Source of the DNA: an uncultured virus (IMG/VR IMGVR_UViG_3300027963_000042)
Taxonomy: Duplodnaviria > Heunggongvirae > Uroviricota > Caudoviricetes
Strand: one strand, 5' to 3'
DNA length: 64,000 bases
Virus record (IMG/VR): IMGVR_UViG_3300027963_000042
Coordinates: 1-64,000 of that record
Below the pieces are notes generated by a model. It ran no database searches and had not been told where the DNA came from. It saw nothing but the letters and a program-made list of their open reading frames with translations. Numbering within the stretch: position 1 is the stretch's first letter; every line of letters begins with the position of its first letter. Positions 9,262 to 17,312 of the stretch are shown piece by piece. Made by a program: the position numbers and the translations under genes.

Positions 9262-9296
9262 TAGCAAGTGTTAAGTTTATTATTAGCAAGTGTTAA
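9260..9296. repeat. 15-bp direct repeat ATTAGCAAGTGTTAA, two copies (putative operator)
   Basis: Copies at 9260-9274 and 9282-9296, 22-bp period, between promoter and ATG of the A1-like gene. Confidence 0.7.
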
Positions 9297-9360
9297 AGTT
9301 ACTGGTTATTATATACTTTTTCCAATTAAAGGTTTCAATTATATAAAAACGGATAAGCAG

Positions 9361-9639
9361 TTAAAAATTATAAGCTTTATCAGAAAATCTTTCTCCTGTA
9401 GCTCCTACTATATCATCATATATTTTAGACTCTTCCGCTTCTCTTTCCAGCTCCTCGAAGAACTCTTTTATATAAGTGCATTTTTCAAATTCCTCGGTAG
9501 ACTCATAGTATACAAGAAGAGATTTTTTGATGCTTTCCCTCTTGGGGTATATTTTTGCTGACAATATGCTACCGACTCCATATTTTTTCATGGTAGCTAT
9601 TGCATTTTCGAATACCCCTCTATCTATTTTTCTTTCCAA
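9361..9639 (-). CDS. Hypothetical protein with EEFEKC motif
   Basis: 92-aa ORF; motif shared with neighbours. Confidence 0.65.
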   Translation of the reverse strand: MERKIDRGVFENAIATMKKYGVGSILSAKIYPKRESIKKSLLVYYESTEEFEKCTYIKEFFEELEREAEESKIYDDIVGATGERFSDKAYNF

Positions 9640-9645
9640 TTCTTA

Positions 9646-9834
9646 TTATATTGTTGTTGGATTATCTATCTCTTTTATTATGCTTAAAAGATGATTGCAT
9701 TTTTCATAGTCCTCAAAATACTCAAGTAATTTTATGCAATCTAATATTTTATCTTTATCCCGGATTCTTTCTCTTACTATCGCAGAATAGATTATTAGAT
9801 TCTTGTTGTATATTTCCTTCTCATTATCTTTCAT
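9646..9834 (-). CDS. Hypothetical protein with EDYEKC motif
   Basis: 62-aa ORF. Confidence 0.6.
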   Translation of the reverse strand: MKDNEKEIYNKNLIIYSAIVRERIRDKDKILDCIKLLEYFEDYEKCNHLLSIIKEIDNPTTI

Positions 9835-9911
9835 GAGATCATCATCCTGATATTATTTAATTTACAAAAATTGTAGTATTTGCGAATAGCTAGGTTCAGC
9901 CTTTTATAAAC

Positions 9912-9944
9912 AAAAAACCCTCATGCTATATATTAACATGAGGG
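9912..9944 (-). terminator. Rho-independent terminator
   Basis: CCCTCATG/CATGAGGG stem followed by a U run on the minus strand. Confidence 0.7.
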
Positions 9945-9965
9945 GTATTTTAACTAGTTATTGTC

Positions 9966-10352
9966 TTAAGGAGCTACTCCAAAAATAACTTTTAGTGCAA
10001 TAGCTAATATAGCTCCAAAAATAATCCAAAGAGCTTTATTAACACCGCTTTGCCATTTCTTAAGAGAATCAACATCGATATTAAATTTCATATAATCTTC
10101 ATATCTGTTTTCTTCAGCTAATCTAAATTTGGTATTCTCATTAACTTTAACAATAACGCCAGATTCTGGATCAAGAAGCTTTTTCTTCATATCCGAAATA
10201 TCATCCTTCATAGACCTTTGGTCTTTCTTAAGATCCTCCATTGTTGTTTGCAGGTGTTTTAATTCACCATTCGGCATATTAGCTTTAAGATGATTCAGTT
10301 CATCTAAAATCTGCTTCATTAAAAACGTGCTTGTTATATCTTTTTCTTCCAT
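9966..10352 (-). CDS. Coiled-coil protein with C-terminal transmembrane helix
   Basis: Heptad-rich region then ALWIIFGAILAIALKVIF; GATATATA upstream. Confidence 0.7.
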   Translation of the reverse strand: MEEKDITSTFLMKQILDELNHLKANMPNGELKHLQTTMEDLKKDQRSMKDDISDMKKKLLDPESGVIVKVNENTKFRLAEENRYEDYMKFNIDVDSLKKWQSGVNKALWIIFGAILAIALKVIFGVAP

Positions 10353-10437
10353 TGTCTTTCGGTTAATTTTGCCCAATTCCCAAAAGATAACTGATTATAT
10401 ATCCTGGAAGGTCTAAGATCTAAATGGTTTTTAAAAA

Positions 10438-10662
10438 TTATCTGAGGGTTTTTCCCTGAGGATATTCAACGGTTATTCCAATTGAGAACTCACTGAATAC
10501 CTCGAAAGCATCTTCCGATGCTTTTACGTAAAATACACCATAGAAAGGCTCATCTTTTTCGCACACTTTATCCGTTATTATTTCACAATTAAAGTAGTTT
10601 ATAAGGGAGCAAGCCTCTATATGAGATTTGGGATCGTGGGTTTTTACGTAAAATTCAACCAT
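10438..10662 (-). CDS. Hypothetical protein
   Basis: 74-aa ORF coupled to the upstream gene. Confidence 0.6.
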   Translation of the reverse strand: MVEFYVKTHDPKSHIEACSLINYFNCEIITDKVCEKDEPFYGVFYVKASEDAFEVFSEFSIGITVEYPQGKTLR

Positions 10663-10946
10663 TATCTTTTCCCAGTTACTATTTCTGATATGATATTACT
10701 GTTCATTCTATAGTAATTTTCTTCAGAGTCCTTAACTAACATTAATACCTGATCTATAGTACCCATTAATTTCATGCTCTTTTCCTCGAACACAAATTCA
10801 GAACCTAGATGGCTAACCTCTAAAGAGGCTCTACGAATCCATTTGGTTTGGTTCCTTCCGTAAAGATCCGCATAGTGTTTAAGCATTTCCTTACTGGGGG
10901 CTTTAAATGGGATTAATTCGGACTTTTTATTTTTATTATCTTCCAT
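10662..10946 (-). CDS. Hypothetical protein
   Basis: 94-aa ORF with overlapping start/stop. Confidence 0.65.
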   Translation of the reverse strand: MEDNKNKKSELIPFKAPSKEMLKHYADLYGRNQTKWIRRASLEVSHLGSEFVFEEKSMKLMGTIDQVLMLVKDSEENYYRMNSNIISEIVTGKR

Positions 10947-11124
10947 AATAGATTGGGTTCTTTGTGAGTTCTTTAATGTCTATGTGTTTATTGTCTTTTA
11001 GTGAGCCTGCTATTTTTCTCATTTTATCACCCAATTCCATGTTGTTTGGTGTTTCCTGTGTGATCATGAGAATTAAATCTTTCAAATCCTCGTAGTTTTT
11101 TGGTGTTTGTAGTTCATCATTCAT
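10936..11124 (-). CDS. Hypothetical protein
   Basis: 62-aa ORF with TPNNMELG motif. Confidence 0.6.
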   Translation of the reverse strand: MNDELQTPKNYEDLKDLILMITQETPNNMELGDKMRKIAGSLKDNKHIDIKELTKNPIYYGR

Positions 11125-11142
11125 TGTGAATTTAGTTATTTT

Positions 11143-11928
11143 TTACATATTAGACTGCCTCAATATGCCTTTCTCGCTATTAAAGCAATGTAACGAAGTT
11201 ATGTGCATAACAAAGTAACCAGGGGTAACATCTGACCATCTTTCAGGATCTCTTTGTTTTAAGTTGTCTAACAACCACATAAGTTTTCTGCATGCCATAT
11301 AAACATCGTCTCTAAAGTGTCTTATATAATCACATGATCTTATGTAATAAGTCATATGAATCCAATTTCCTCTCCTGATAAACTGATATCCCAAGGTGCA
11401 TGGTACGCGTTCCCCGTGAACTGTTCCTGTATCTTCTGGAAACCAAATAGGTAAAAATGCTTGTCTAGTAAAAGGCTCTCTCTCCATAAGATCTACCACA
11501 TCGCCAAAATCGCCATATTCATATCTAATACCTTCCATTTTACTATTAGGAACCTCCGAAGCAAATTTAGGCCAAATTCTTTCTGGGTATGTATGTGAGA
11601 ATTTATCATGTCCTCCGAATTGAGCGTTATTTTTCTGAGCAAAAGGCCATCTAACATGCGATGGGGGAGGATTTAATGGTTGACCCCCTACTCTCTCACC
11701 AAAATGCTCATCTGCCCAAGGCAAATTTGGTCTGATCTCCGTTACTAATTCATCTATGGTGTGTGGCATAAAAAACTGGAAAGAATGATTCATACTTTCC
11801 CACATATCGTCAGGAGATTCTATCCCCTGCCATCTTTCTGTTTTAACAACATAACCGTGATTAAATAGTTCCTCCTTGGTCCATTTAATTGCTTCGCTTG
11901 GTTTGTAAAAAGTTTTTATGCCTGCCAT
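11143..11928 (-). CDS. Thymidylate-synthase-fold enzyme, probably dCMP (hydroxy)methylase
   Basis: TRQA, catalytic PC, RSCD and SLH motifs; Asp at the position equivalent to E. coli ThyA Asn177. Confidence 0.75.
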   Translation of the reverse strand: MAGIKTFYKPSEAIKWTKEELFNHGYVVKTERWQGIESPDDMWESMNHSFQFFMPHTIDELVTEIRPNLPWADEHFGERVGGQPLNPPPSHVRWPFAQKNNAQFGGHDKFSHTYPERIWPKFASEVPNSKMEGIRYEYGDFGDVVDLMEREPFTRQAFLPIWFPEDTGTVHGERVPCTLGYQFIRRGNWIHMTYYIRSCDYIRHFRDDVYMACRKLMWLLDNLKQRDPERWSDVTPGYFVMHITSLHCFNSEKGILRQSNM

Positions 11929-11974
11929 ATCCTAGTTTATAGAAGTTTTAGAATAAAGTGAGAAATAAATTTCA

Positions 11975-12634
11975 CTATACATGTAAAATTACTGGTGAAT
12001 TTTTAACCTCGTAATACAAATCAAGAATACTTGCATTTACGTAGATTACGCCATCCTTTTCAACTACACCATCAGCCTCGTGGATATGGCCAAAAACATG
12101 AACCTTTAAATCAGAAAGGTCCTTTATTTTATTGGCTAATTCAGGACATCCAACTCTAAGACCTGATTTAGTAGCATCAAGTGTTAGGTAAGGTGGTCCG
12201 TGGGTTATTAAAATATTAGTGTCTACTGGGATAAGATCCCAGTGTTCATTTATTTTCTCCTCGACTCTATTAAATGCCCAATCATGAAACCATGGGGTGA
12301 CTGGACTACCCCAGAATCTTAAACCTTCCAATTCAACCCCACTGTCATTTAAGTATATTATTCCTGGTCCTATTCTATCCAGTATATCTTTTGCTGCCTC
12401 TGGCGAGTCTTCGAATAAAAAATCATGATTACCTGCAATCATGATTTTATGTTTAAATGGTAATCCTGAATACCACTCTGTAAATTCTTCAACCTCCCAT
12501 TTTCTTCCTCTATATGAAATATCACCCGCATGTACTATAATAGCATCAGGATGGTTCCCGTATATCTCTTTAAGTTGAGCATCTATTTCATAGTGCTTGG
12601 TGTGGGTATCTGATATTAAAACTAAAGTTGGCAT
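11975..12634 (-). CDS. Calcineurin-like metallophosphoesterase
   Basis: SDTH, HAGD, AGNHD, THGPP, GHIHE. Confidence 0.9.
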   Translation of the reverse strand: MPTLVLISDTHTKHYEIDAQLKEIYGNHPDAIIVHAGDISYRGRKWEVEEFTEWYSGLPFKHKIMIAGNHDFLFEDSPEAAKDILDRIGPGIIYLNDSGVELEGLRFWGSPVTPWFHDWAFNRVEEKINEHWDLIPVDTNILITHGPPYLTLDATKSGLRVGCPELANKIKDLSDLKVHVFGHIHEADGVVEKDGVIYVNASILDLYYEVKNSPVILHV

Positions 12635-12664
12635 CTGTTATTATTTTCTTTAATTTTAATTGTT

Positions 12665-12967
12665 TTAATGATCTGCTTTGCTAGTGTCATTAGGCCCAGC
12701 TTCTGCCGGCTTAATATTAACAGAAACGTGTTCTCTGTTACATGCATGAATAACTTTAATTTTAATAGTATCGTGGATGTAAATAACTTCCTGCTTAGGA
12801 CAAACGTGTGATTCTTTTACCAATTCTTTACTATGTAATCCCAAAGAAGACTTTCTGGTCATAGCAATTATAACCCCGAATAATAACATCATAAATATTA
12901 ATATTATAACAGAAATTGGGATTATGCCTATCCAGAATACGCCTCTAAAGTTATTTTTGTTTTTCAT
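12665..12967 (-). CDS. Membrane-anchored hypothetical protein
   Basis: N-terminal TM helix, IHDTIKI motif. Confidence 0.65.
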   Translation of the reverse strand: MKNKNNFRGVFWIGIIPISVIILIFMMLLFGVIIAMTRKSSLGLHSKELVKESHVCPKQEVIYIHDTIKIKVIHACNREHVSVNIKPAEAGPNDTSKADH

Positions 12968-13373
12968 TTAGTTTTTTTATTATTGATTTAAGACTATGCT
13001 GAACGTTATTTTTATATTCATCCTCCATCTGATTCCTTCTTTTTTCTACCTCCTCTATAAAAGTTTCGGTTAGCATCCTTTCTGATTTTTGTGAAAGAGG
13101 AACGTTATATCCATATACATGATTTACTATTGATATCTGATTGTGGCCTAGTACTAAAAGCATAGACTTATCTCTAGTTCTTATATAATATTTTCCTGAT
13201 AAAGGGGAGGTAAGAAGCTCCGACTCAGGATCCTTTAAAAGTTTTCTGAATATAGATGCGGTTTCTCTTTCGCTCTCTTCTATTTTGGAGCAATTTAACG
13301 GATTCATTATTCGATAAAATTTAATTCCTATTTTCTGTGTAATTCTTTTTAGCGTGTGAATTCTGTTGTCCAT
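12951..13373 (-). CDS. Hypothetical protein
   Basis: 140-aa ORF downstream of an early-type promoter. Confidence 0.7.
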   Translation of the reverse strand: MDNRIHTLKRITQKIGIKFYRIMNPLNCSKIEESERETASIFRKLLKDPESELLTSPLSGKYYIRTRDKSMLLVLGHNQISIVNHVYGYNVPLSQKSERMLTETFIEEVEKRRNQMEDEYKNNVQHSLKSIIKKLNEKQK

Positions 13374-13411
13374 TTTTTTAATTTGTTGATTAGTACTTTT
13401 TTTATTTTATG

Positions 13412-13442
13412 CAAATTTATATAGCGATCCCGAATAAAAAAA
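13412..13442 (-). promoter_or_regulatory. Putative early promoter, TTTTTTAT-N-CG-N11-TAnATTTG (also 16414-16445 -, 28110-28140 -, 40153-40185 +, 42841-42872 -)
   Basis: Five intergenic copies with an identical 11-nt spacer; TAnnTTTG is the Bacteroidota -7 element. Confidence 0.7.
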
Positions 13443-13452
13443 ATATTTTCAC

Positions 13453-13491
13453 AAAAAAACCTGCTAATTTATGATATTAGCAGGTTTTTTT
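13453..13491. terminator. Rho-independent terminator, possibly bidirectional
   Basis: AAAAAAACCTGCTAAT..ATTAGCAGGTTTTTTT. Confidence 0.75.
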
Positions 13492-13510
13492 AATATAGTT
13501 TCGTTATACA

Positions 13511-13822
13511 TTAACTTAGAAGCATATCGTTTCCTTTATCCTTTGACTTCCTCTCTTTTTTAACTGCAGTTTCTTTTTTAACTATCTTCGCCTTAACCTT
13601 CTTTACCACTTTTTGTTTTGTTGGTTTTTCTTTAACTTCGGTTTTTTCTAATTCTGGTGTAGGTGAAGGCACATTCTCTAATATAACAGGGTATTCATTT
13701 TTTGTAACCTCGGGTACTGTTACTTCTGGTTCTGTTACTGTTGATTCTTTTTTTCTGTTAAATAATAAATATCCGATGTAGGAAACTGCCAATAAGATTA
13801 ATAAGACGATTAAGGTTTGCAT
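13511..13822 (-). CDS. Membrane-anchored protein with Lys-rich tail
   Basis: N-terminal TM helix, low-complexity EV/K region. Confidence 0.7.
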   Translation of the reverse strand: MQTLIVLLILLAVSYIGYLLFNRKKESTVTEPEVTVPEVTKNEYPVILENVPSPTPELEKTEVKEKPTKQKVVKKVKAKIVKKETAVKKERKSKDKGNDMLLS

Positions 13823-13845
13823 AAATTTAGTTTTTTAATTTGGTT

Positions 13846-13874
13846 ATTATATATTGATTACGCTGATTTGTTTC
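13846..13874 (-). promoter_or_regulatory. Putative promoter GAAAC-N17/18-TATA (also 9308-9336, 14389-14418, 29954-29981, 47731-47759)
   Basis: Five intergenic minus-strand copies with conserved spacing. Confidence 0.55.
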
Positions 13875-13910
13875 AAAAAAAATCCTTGTCAATTAGATTA
13901 ACAAGGATTT
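13875..13910 (-). terminator. Terminator downstream of tmRNA
   Basis: AAATCCTTGT/ACAAGGATTT stem plus U run. Confidence 0.75.
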
Positions 13911-13914
13911 CGTG

Positions 13915-14377
13915 TGGATCTGCAGGGAGTCGAACCCTGGTCTCCTTCAGTTAATACTAAGAATTCATTCACAGGCTTAGAAAGTTTTTTATAAACTTAC
14001 AAACTAATCGGGTTTATGACACCAGCAAACATTTTGCTGTCTTTTAGTGACTTACAGCTTCAGTCAGAGAACTTATACTAACAGCGATCTTAAGGGTATT
14101 GATGTTATCTCAGGGTTACTGATCATAAGCTCTACTTTTTTGGTACTGTTAACCCTTTTTCCCAACGTCACATTTTTTTAAACGGAGTAAGTGAGACTCC
14201 GGAGGTTATGCAGCGTAAGCGTACTCAACCTCAGTTACAGGAGTACCAAACGAGTTGATAGCGTCCCAAACTGATTTTTTGCCATTTATAGCTTTATATA
14301 GGTTATTAAAGTGTTTCCAATACTAACACTGCCTGCATTCAAAGAACTACGCCTGCGGATCAATTCCGGTCAGACCC
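13915..14377 (-). ncRNA. ssrA: tmRNA (about 463 nt), tag ORF 14283-14206 encoding (A)GKKSVWDAINSFGTPVTEVEYAYAA
   Basis: Acceptor stem GGGTCTG/CAGATCC with G3-U wobble, T-arm CAGGG-TTCGACT-CCCTG, ATAAAT-GGC resume context, tag ending YAA-stop; CCA not encoded. Confidence 0.9.
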
Positions 14378-14432
14378 ATTTATTATGTATCTATAGATTA
14401 AGATGGATTATTTGTTTCGGTGACATATCGCT

Positions 14433-15377
14433 CTATAAATAGTCCTTTATATTAGCATAGGTAGCCAAAGCCTTGTACTTTCTCGCATCTTCTGGTGGTA
14501 GATTAGTCATTTCTTTATACATTAGCACCCTATCTTCATCTCCCATCTTCGGCCAGCGTTTTTCTAGAGCTTTCTGATAAGCCATTCCGCTTTTCATTAG
14601 CGCAAAGATGGCGTCTAAAGTTGTTTCAGAGACTGGATTACCAACACAACTGAAAGCCACATCAACTTTCTGAGGTGCTCCCACCAGGGTGGTGAGCTGA
14701 TTATTCTTACAACTGAAAGCCCCATCAACGCTCTGAGGTGCTCCCACCAGTGAGGTGAGCTGATTGTCATCACAATAGAAATCCCCACCAACTTTCTGAG
14801 GTGCTCCCACTAGTGTGGTGAGATGATTGAGACCACAACTGAAACTCCCACCAACACTCTGAGGTGCTCCCACCAGTGAGGTGAGCTGATTGTCATCACA
14901 ATAGAAATACCCATTAACGCTCTGAGGTGCTCCCACCAGTGTGGTGAGCCGATTGTCATCACAATCGAAATACTCACCAACGCTCTGAGGTGCTCCATCA
15001 AGACTCGTGAGCTGATTATTCTCACAATTGAAATACCCACCAACGCTCTGAGGTGCTCCCTCCAGCGTGGTGAGCTGATTATTCTTACAATAGAAACGCC
15101 CACCAACGCTCCGAGGTGCTCCCACCAGTGAGGTGAGCTGATTCCCCTCACAATCGAAATGCCCACTCACTTCCCCGAACTTAACACCTTTAAGATCTGT
15201 CAGACCCTGTTCGTCACAATCGAAATCCCCATCCACATCGACAAAACCTGTTTGGGGATTAAGTTTCCATTCACCATCAGCACATTTATCCAGCCACTTG
15301 ATCTGCTCTTGGGTAAGTGCTGGTGCAGATGCTGATGCACTGGCTTCGAATATCTGATATGGTTTAATGTACTTGAT
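14433..15377 (-). CDS. LRR-like repeat protein, copy A (8 x 22-aa units); true start probably non-ATG at 15377
   Basis: Units FxCxxNQLTSLVGAPQSVGGx; N- and C-terminal caps homologous to 30612-31547. Confidence 0.85.
   Translation of the reverse strand: MKYIKPYQIFEASASASAPALTQEQIKWLDKCADGEWKLNPQTGFVDVDGDFDCDEQGLTDLKGVKFGEVSGHFDCEGNQLTSLVGAPRSVGGRFYCKNNQLTTLEGAPQSVGGYFNCENNQLTSLDGAPQSVGEYFDCDDNRLTTLVGAPQSVNGYFYCDDNQLTSLVGAPQSVGGSFSCGLNHLTTLVGAPQKVGGDFYCDDNQLTSLVGAPQSVDGAFSCKNNQLTTLVGAPQKVDVAFSCVGNPVSETTLDAIFALMKSGMAYQKALEKRWPKMGDEDRVLMYKEMTNLPPEDARKYKALATYANIKDYL
14645..15170. repeat. Tandem 66-bp coding repeats, about 8 units
   Basis: Recurrent ggtgctcccaccagtg-ggtgag core every 66 bp. Confidence 0.9.
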
Positions 15378-15381
15378 GCTG

Positions 15382-15389
15382 TATATATC
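15382..15389 (-). promoter_or_regulatory. Putative late promoter GATATATA (15 exact copies just upstream of genes in the window)
   Basis: Copies at 73, 10396, 15382, 16806, 18795, 21375, 30599, 31555, 38317, 39834(+), 47020, 51854, 53412, 56733, 58437. Confidence 0.75.
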
Positions 15390-15464
15390 CGGGTCTCAAT
15401 GTATGTTTTGACATATGCATCTCGTCAAAGATATTAAAAGCATTTACTATTTCTTAATTTTTTA

Positions 15465-15530
15465 TTACTCAGAGTTGCTCGTGAGCCAAAAGGCTAAGAT
15501 AATGAGAGCTAATACTATAAAAAATTCCAT
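15465..15530 (-). CDS. Possible 21-aa membrane peptide MEFFIVLALIILAFWLTSNSE
   Basis: ATG 8 nt after the SLT stop; entirely hydrophobic core. Confidence 0.35.
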   Translation of the reverse strand: MEFFIVLALIILAFWLTSNSE

Positions 15531-15538
15531 AATTTACT

Positions 15539-16060
15539 TTATCTAATTTTATAATTATAAACATCAATTGCATATTGATTTACCATTGGCCTACCTGTAT
15601 TATAAGCGCCGAATACTAATTTCCAATCTCCATAAGTTTCATATAGATGTTTCAGTAATTTCATACTCGTTTCAATATTAAACCTTATGTCTGTTCTAAG
15701 ATTGTTTCTATCGATGACTTTATCTTTCCACATCATCCTAGCAGTTGCCGGCATTATTTGCATTGGTCCTACTGCTCCGGCACAACTTTCTTGACCCGGA
15801 TTATATTTCCAATGAAATGGACCTTCATATCTCGTTTCCTTAAATGCTACGCCAAAAGCGTAGTTTCTTGGTATCCCGTACTGTTCGGAATATTTTTCAA
15901 TGTAATAATACATTTGAAGGCAAGGCGGGGATTGAGAATTTATAGGATTTCCCCTTACCGCTATTTCTGCTTCGTTCTCTATCTCTTTAGTTTCTAAATA
16001 AAAGAAAGTCAGAATAGCGAGCATCATTGCACCCAAGAGTGTGTATATGCCTCTGAACAT
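15539..16060 (-). CDS. Lytic transglycosylase (SLT domain) with N-terminal TM
   Basis: KETRY catalytic Glu, GAVGPMQIMPATA, AYNTG. Confidence 0.9.
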   Translation of the reverse strand: MFRGIYTLLGAMMLAILTFFYLETKEIENEAEIAVRGNPINSQSPPCLQMYYYIEKYSEQYGIPRNYAFGVAFKETRYEGPFHWKYNPGQESCAGAVGPMQIMPATARMMWKDKVIDRNNLRTDIRFNIETSMKLLKHLYETYGDWKLVFGAYNTGRPMVNQYAIDVYNYKIR

Positions 16061-16389
16061 TATTTAGATTTTTGAGCATTATAAATCTGATTAGCACGTA
16101 GATTAAAAATAATATCCATTACGTTTTTGTCATAAAGTTGATATGATCCAGATTTAATGTCCATTAGCATTAATTCATTATCTCCGCTCAGATAAACCTT
16201 AGTCTCCTCACCTGTTTTTGCAGTTTGCATTTTGTGGGTTTTTAGAGTCGTCTCGTATCTATGATAGATCTCTGATGCTGCATAACCCGAGGCCATTGCA
16301 GTAAAAATGATAGCCACTTTGCCTAAATTGTTGAAGAATTTTTTCAGATTCTCAGTAAAGGTCTTGAAGTTAAAATTGTACTTTTCCAT
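16060..16389 (-). CDS. Membrane-associated hypothetical protein
   Basis: ATG 16389 downstream of an early-type promoter; one hydrophobic segment. Confidence 0.65.
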   Translation of the reverse strand: MEKYNFNFKTFTENLKKFFNNLGKVAIIFTAMASGYAASEIYHRYETTLKTHKMQTAKTGEETKVYLSGDNELMLMDIKSGSYQLYDKNVMDIIFNLRANQIYNAQKSK

Positions 16390-16483
16390 GTTTTTCTTTT
16401 TTAAAGATTTAAACAAATGTAAGACCAGTACACGGGATAAAAAAATTTTTCAGTGATTATTCACAGCATGGAAAAAAATAGAT

Positions 16484-16801
16484 TTAATACTGAAATCTTT
16501 GAACTTGATCTATACCGTTGTAATTAATCTCAGGATTCGGTGACATTATAACAGAAATACCATCGGATAAATCATATATGCTCTCAATATAGCTTTGAAC
16601 CTCATCCTTCTTTGATTTGTCTATACCTAGTTGATTGAGTGCGTCATTAGTAATCTGATCGACAGAATTCATAAAATTTCCGCTATCATGAAAGTTGAAG
16701 TATTTTTCATATTTTTTTAGCCAGTTTCTAATCTCTGCTTGTTGTTCAGGATTAAGATCTAAGTCGTCCATATAGTCGGAGAATTCTAGTATTTTTTTCA
16801 T
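16484..16801 (-). CDS. Hypothetical (putative virion) protein
   Basis: MKKILEFSDY N-terminus, GATATATA upstream. Confidence 0.7.
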   Translation of the reverse strand: MKKILEFSDYMDDLDLNPEQQAEIRNWLKKYEKYFNFHDSGNFMNSVDQITNDALNQLGIDKSKKDEVQSYIESIYDLSDGISVIMSPNPEINYNGIDQVQRFQY

Positions 16802-16830
16802 TCAATATATATCATCTAAATTACATTCAA

Positions 16831-17127
16831 ATGGAAGGCGAAGAACAATTACCAGGAGACGAGATATCTGCGGATAAGTCTCAATTAAATCAAGAAATAG
16901 GAAGAGAAGAAGGACAGGGATCTTGGGATCAGTTCGAGACGGAGCCAGAAGAAGATCCCAACACAGAGATTGAGACTGGGCAGGAAGAACCTGAAGTTAT
17001 TGGAAATGATTCGGAAGAGGAAGAAGATCCAATAGATTCGGAAGAGGAAGAAATAGAGCAAAAAAATACCCTGCAAGGCGAGCCAAACAGAGTATTATCA
17101 TTTAAGGACTTCTCTAATAAAAATTAA
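16831..17127 (+). CDS. Highly acidic hypothetical protein
   Basis: 98-aa Glu-rich ORF ending RVLSFKDF. Confidence 0.65.
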   Translation: MEGEEQLPGDEISADKSQLNQEIGREEGQGSWDQFETEPEEDPNTEIETGQEEPEVIGNDSEEEEDPIDSEEEEIEQKNTLQGEPNRVLSFKDFSNKN

Positions 17128-17306
17128 TCCTCTGAAGTGCTCTTACCTAGATCTCTTCTAATTAGTCTTCTAACATAGTGAGATATTGATACCGGTGCAT
17201 CGCCTTTAGCCAATGCGCTTTTAGCGATTTTTCTGCTAAGATCGGTTAAATCCTCTTCAGATAGAAGTACCTGTATCTTTTCTGTTTTTTCTTGTTGATT
17301 GCTCAT
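17124..17306 (-). CDS. Ribbon-helix-helix DNA-binding protein
   Basis: KIQVLLSEE strand followed by helices, SISHYVRRLIRRDL. Confidence 0.65.
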   Translation of the reverse strand: MSNQQEKTEKIQVLLSEEDLTDLSRKIAKSALAKGDAPVSISHYVRRLIRRDLGKSTSED

Positions 17307-17312
17307 ATTGTT

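Noticed and set aside
13915..13945. Stand-alone tRNA
   Set aside because: The T-arm and acceptor 3' strand pair with a 5' end about 460 nt away and enclose a tag ORF, so this is tmRNA.
14810..15166. Alternative-frame ORFs with SSPHWWEHL repeats (also 30926-31366)
   Set aside because: Shadow frames of the LRR repeats that stay open because the unit lacks stops.
14645..15170. 66-bp periodic repeats (also 30824-31350) as a CRISPR array
   Set aside because: Units are in-frame 22-codon protein repeats, the variable parts are homologous rather than unique spacers, and no cas genes are present.
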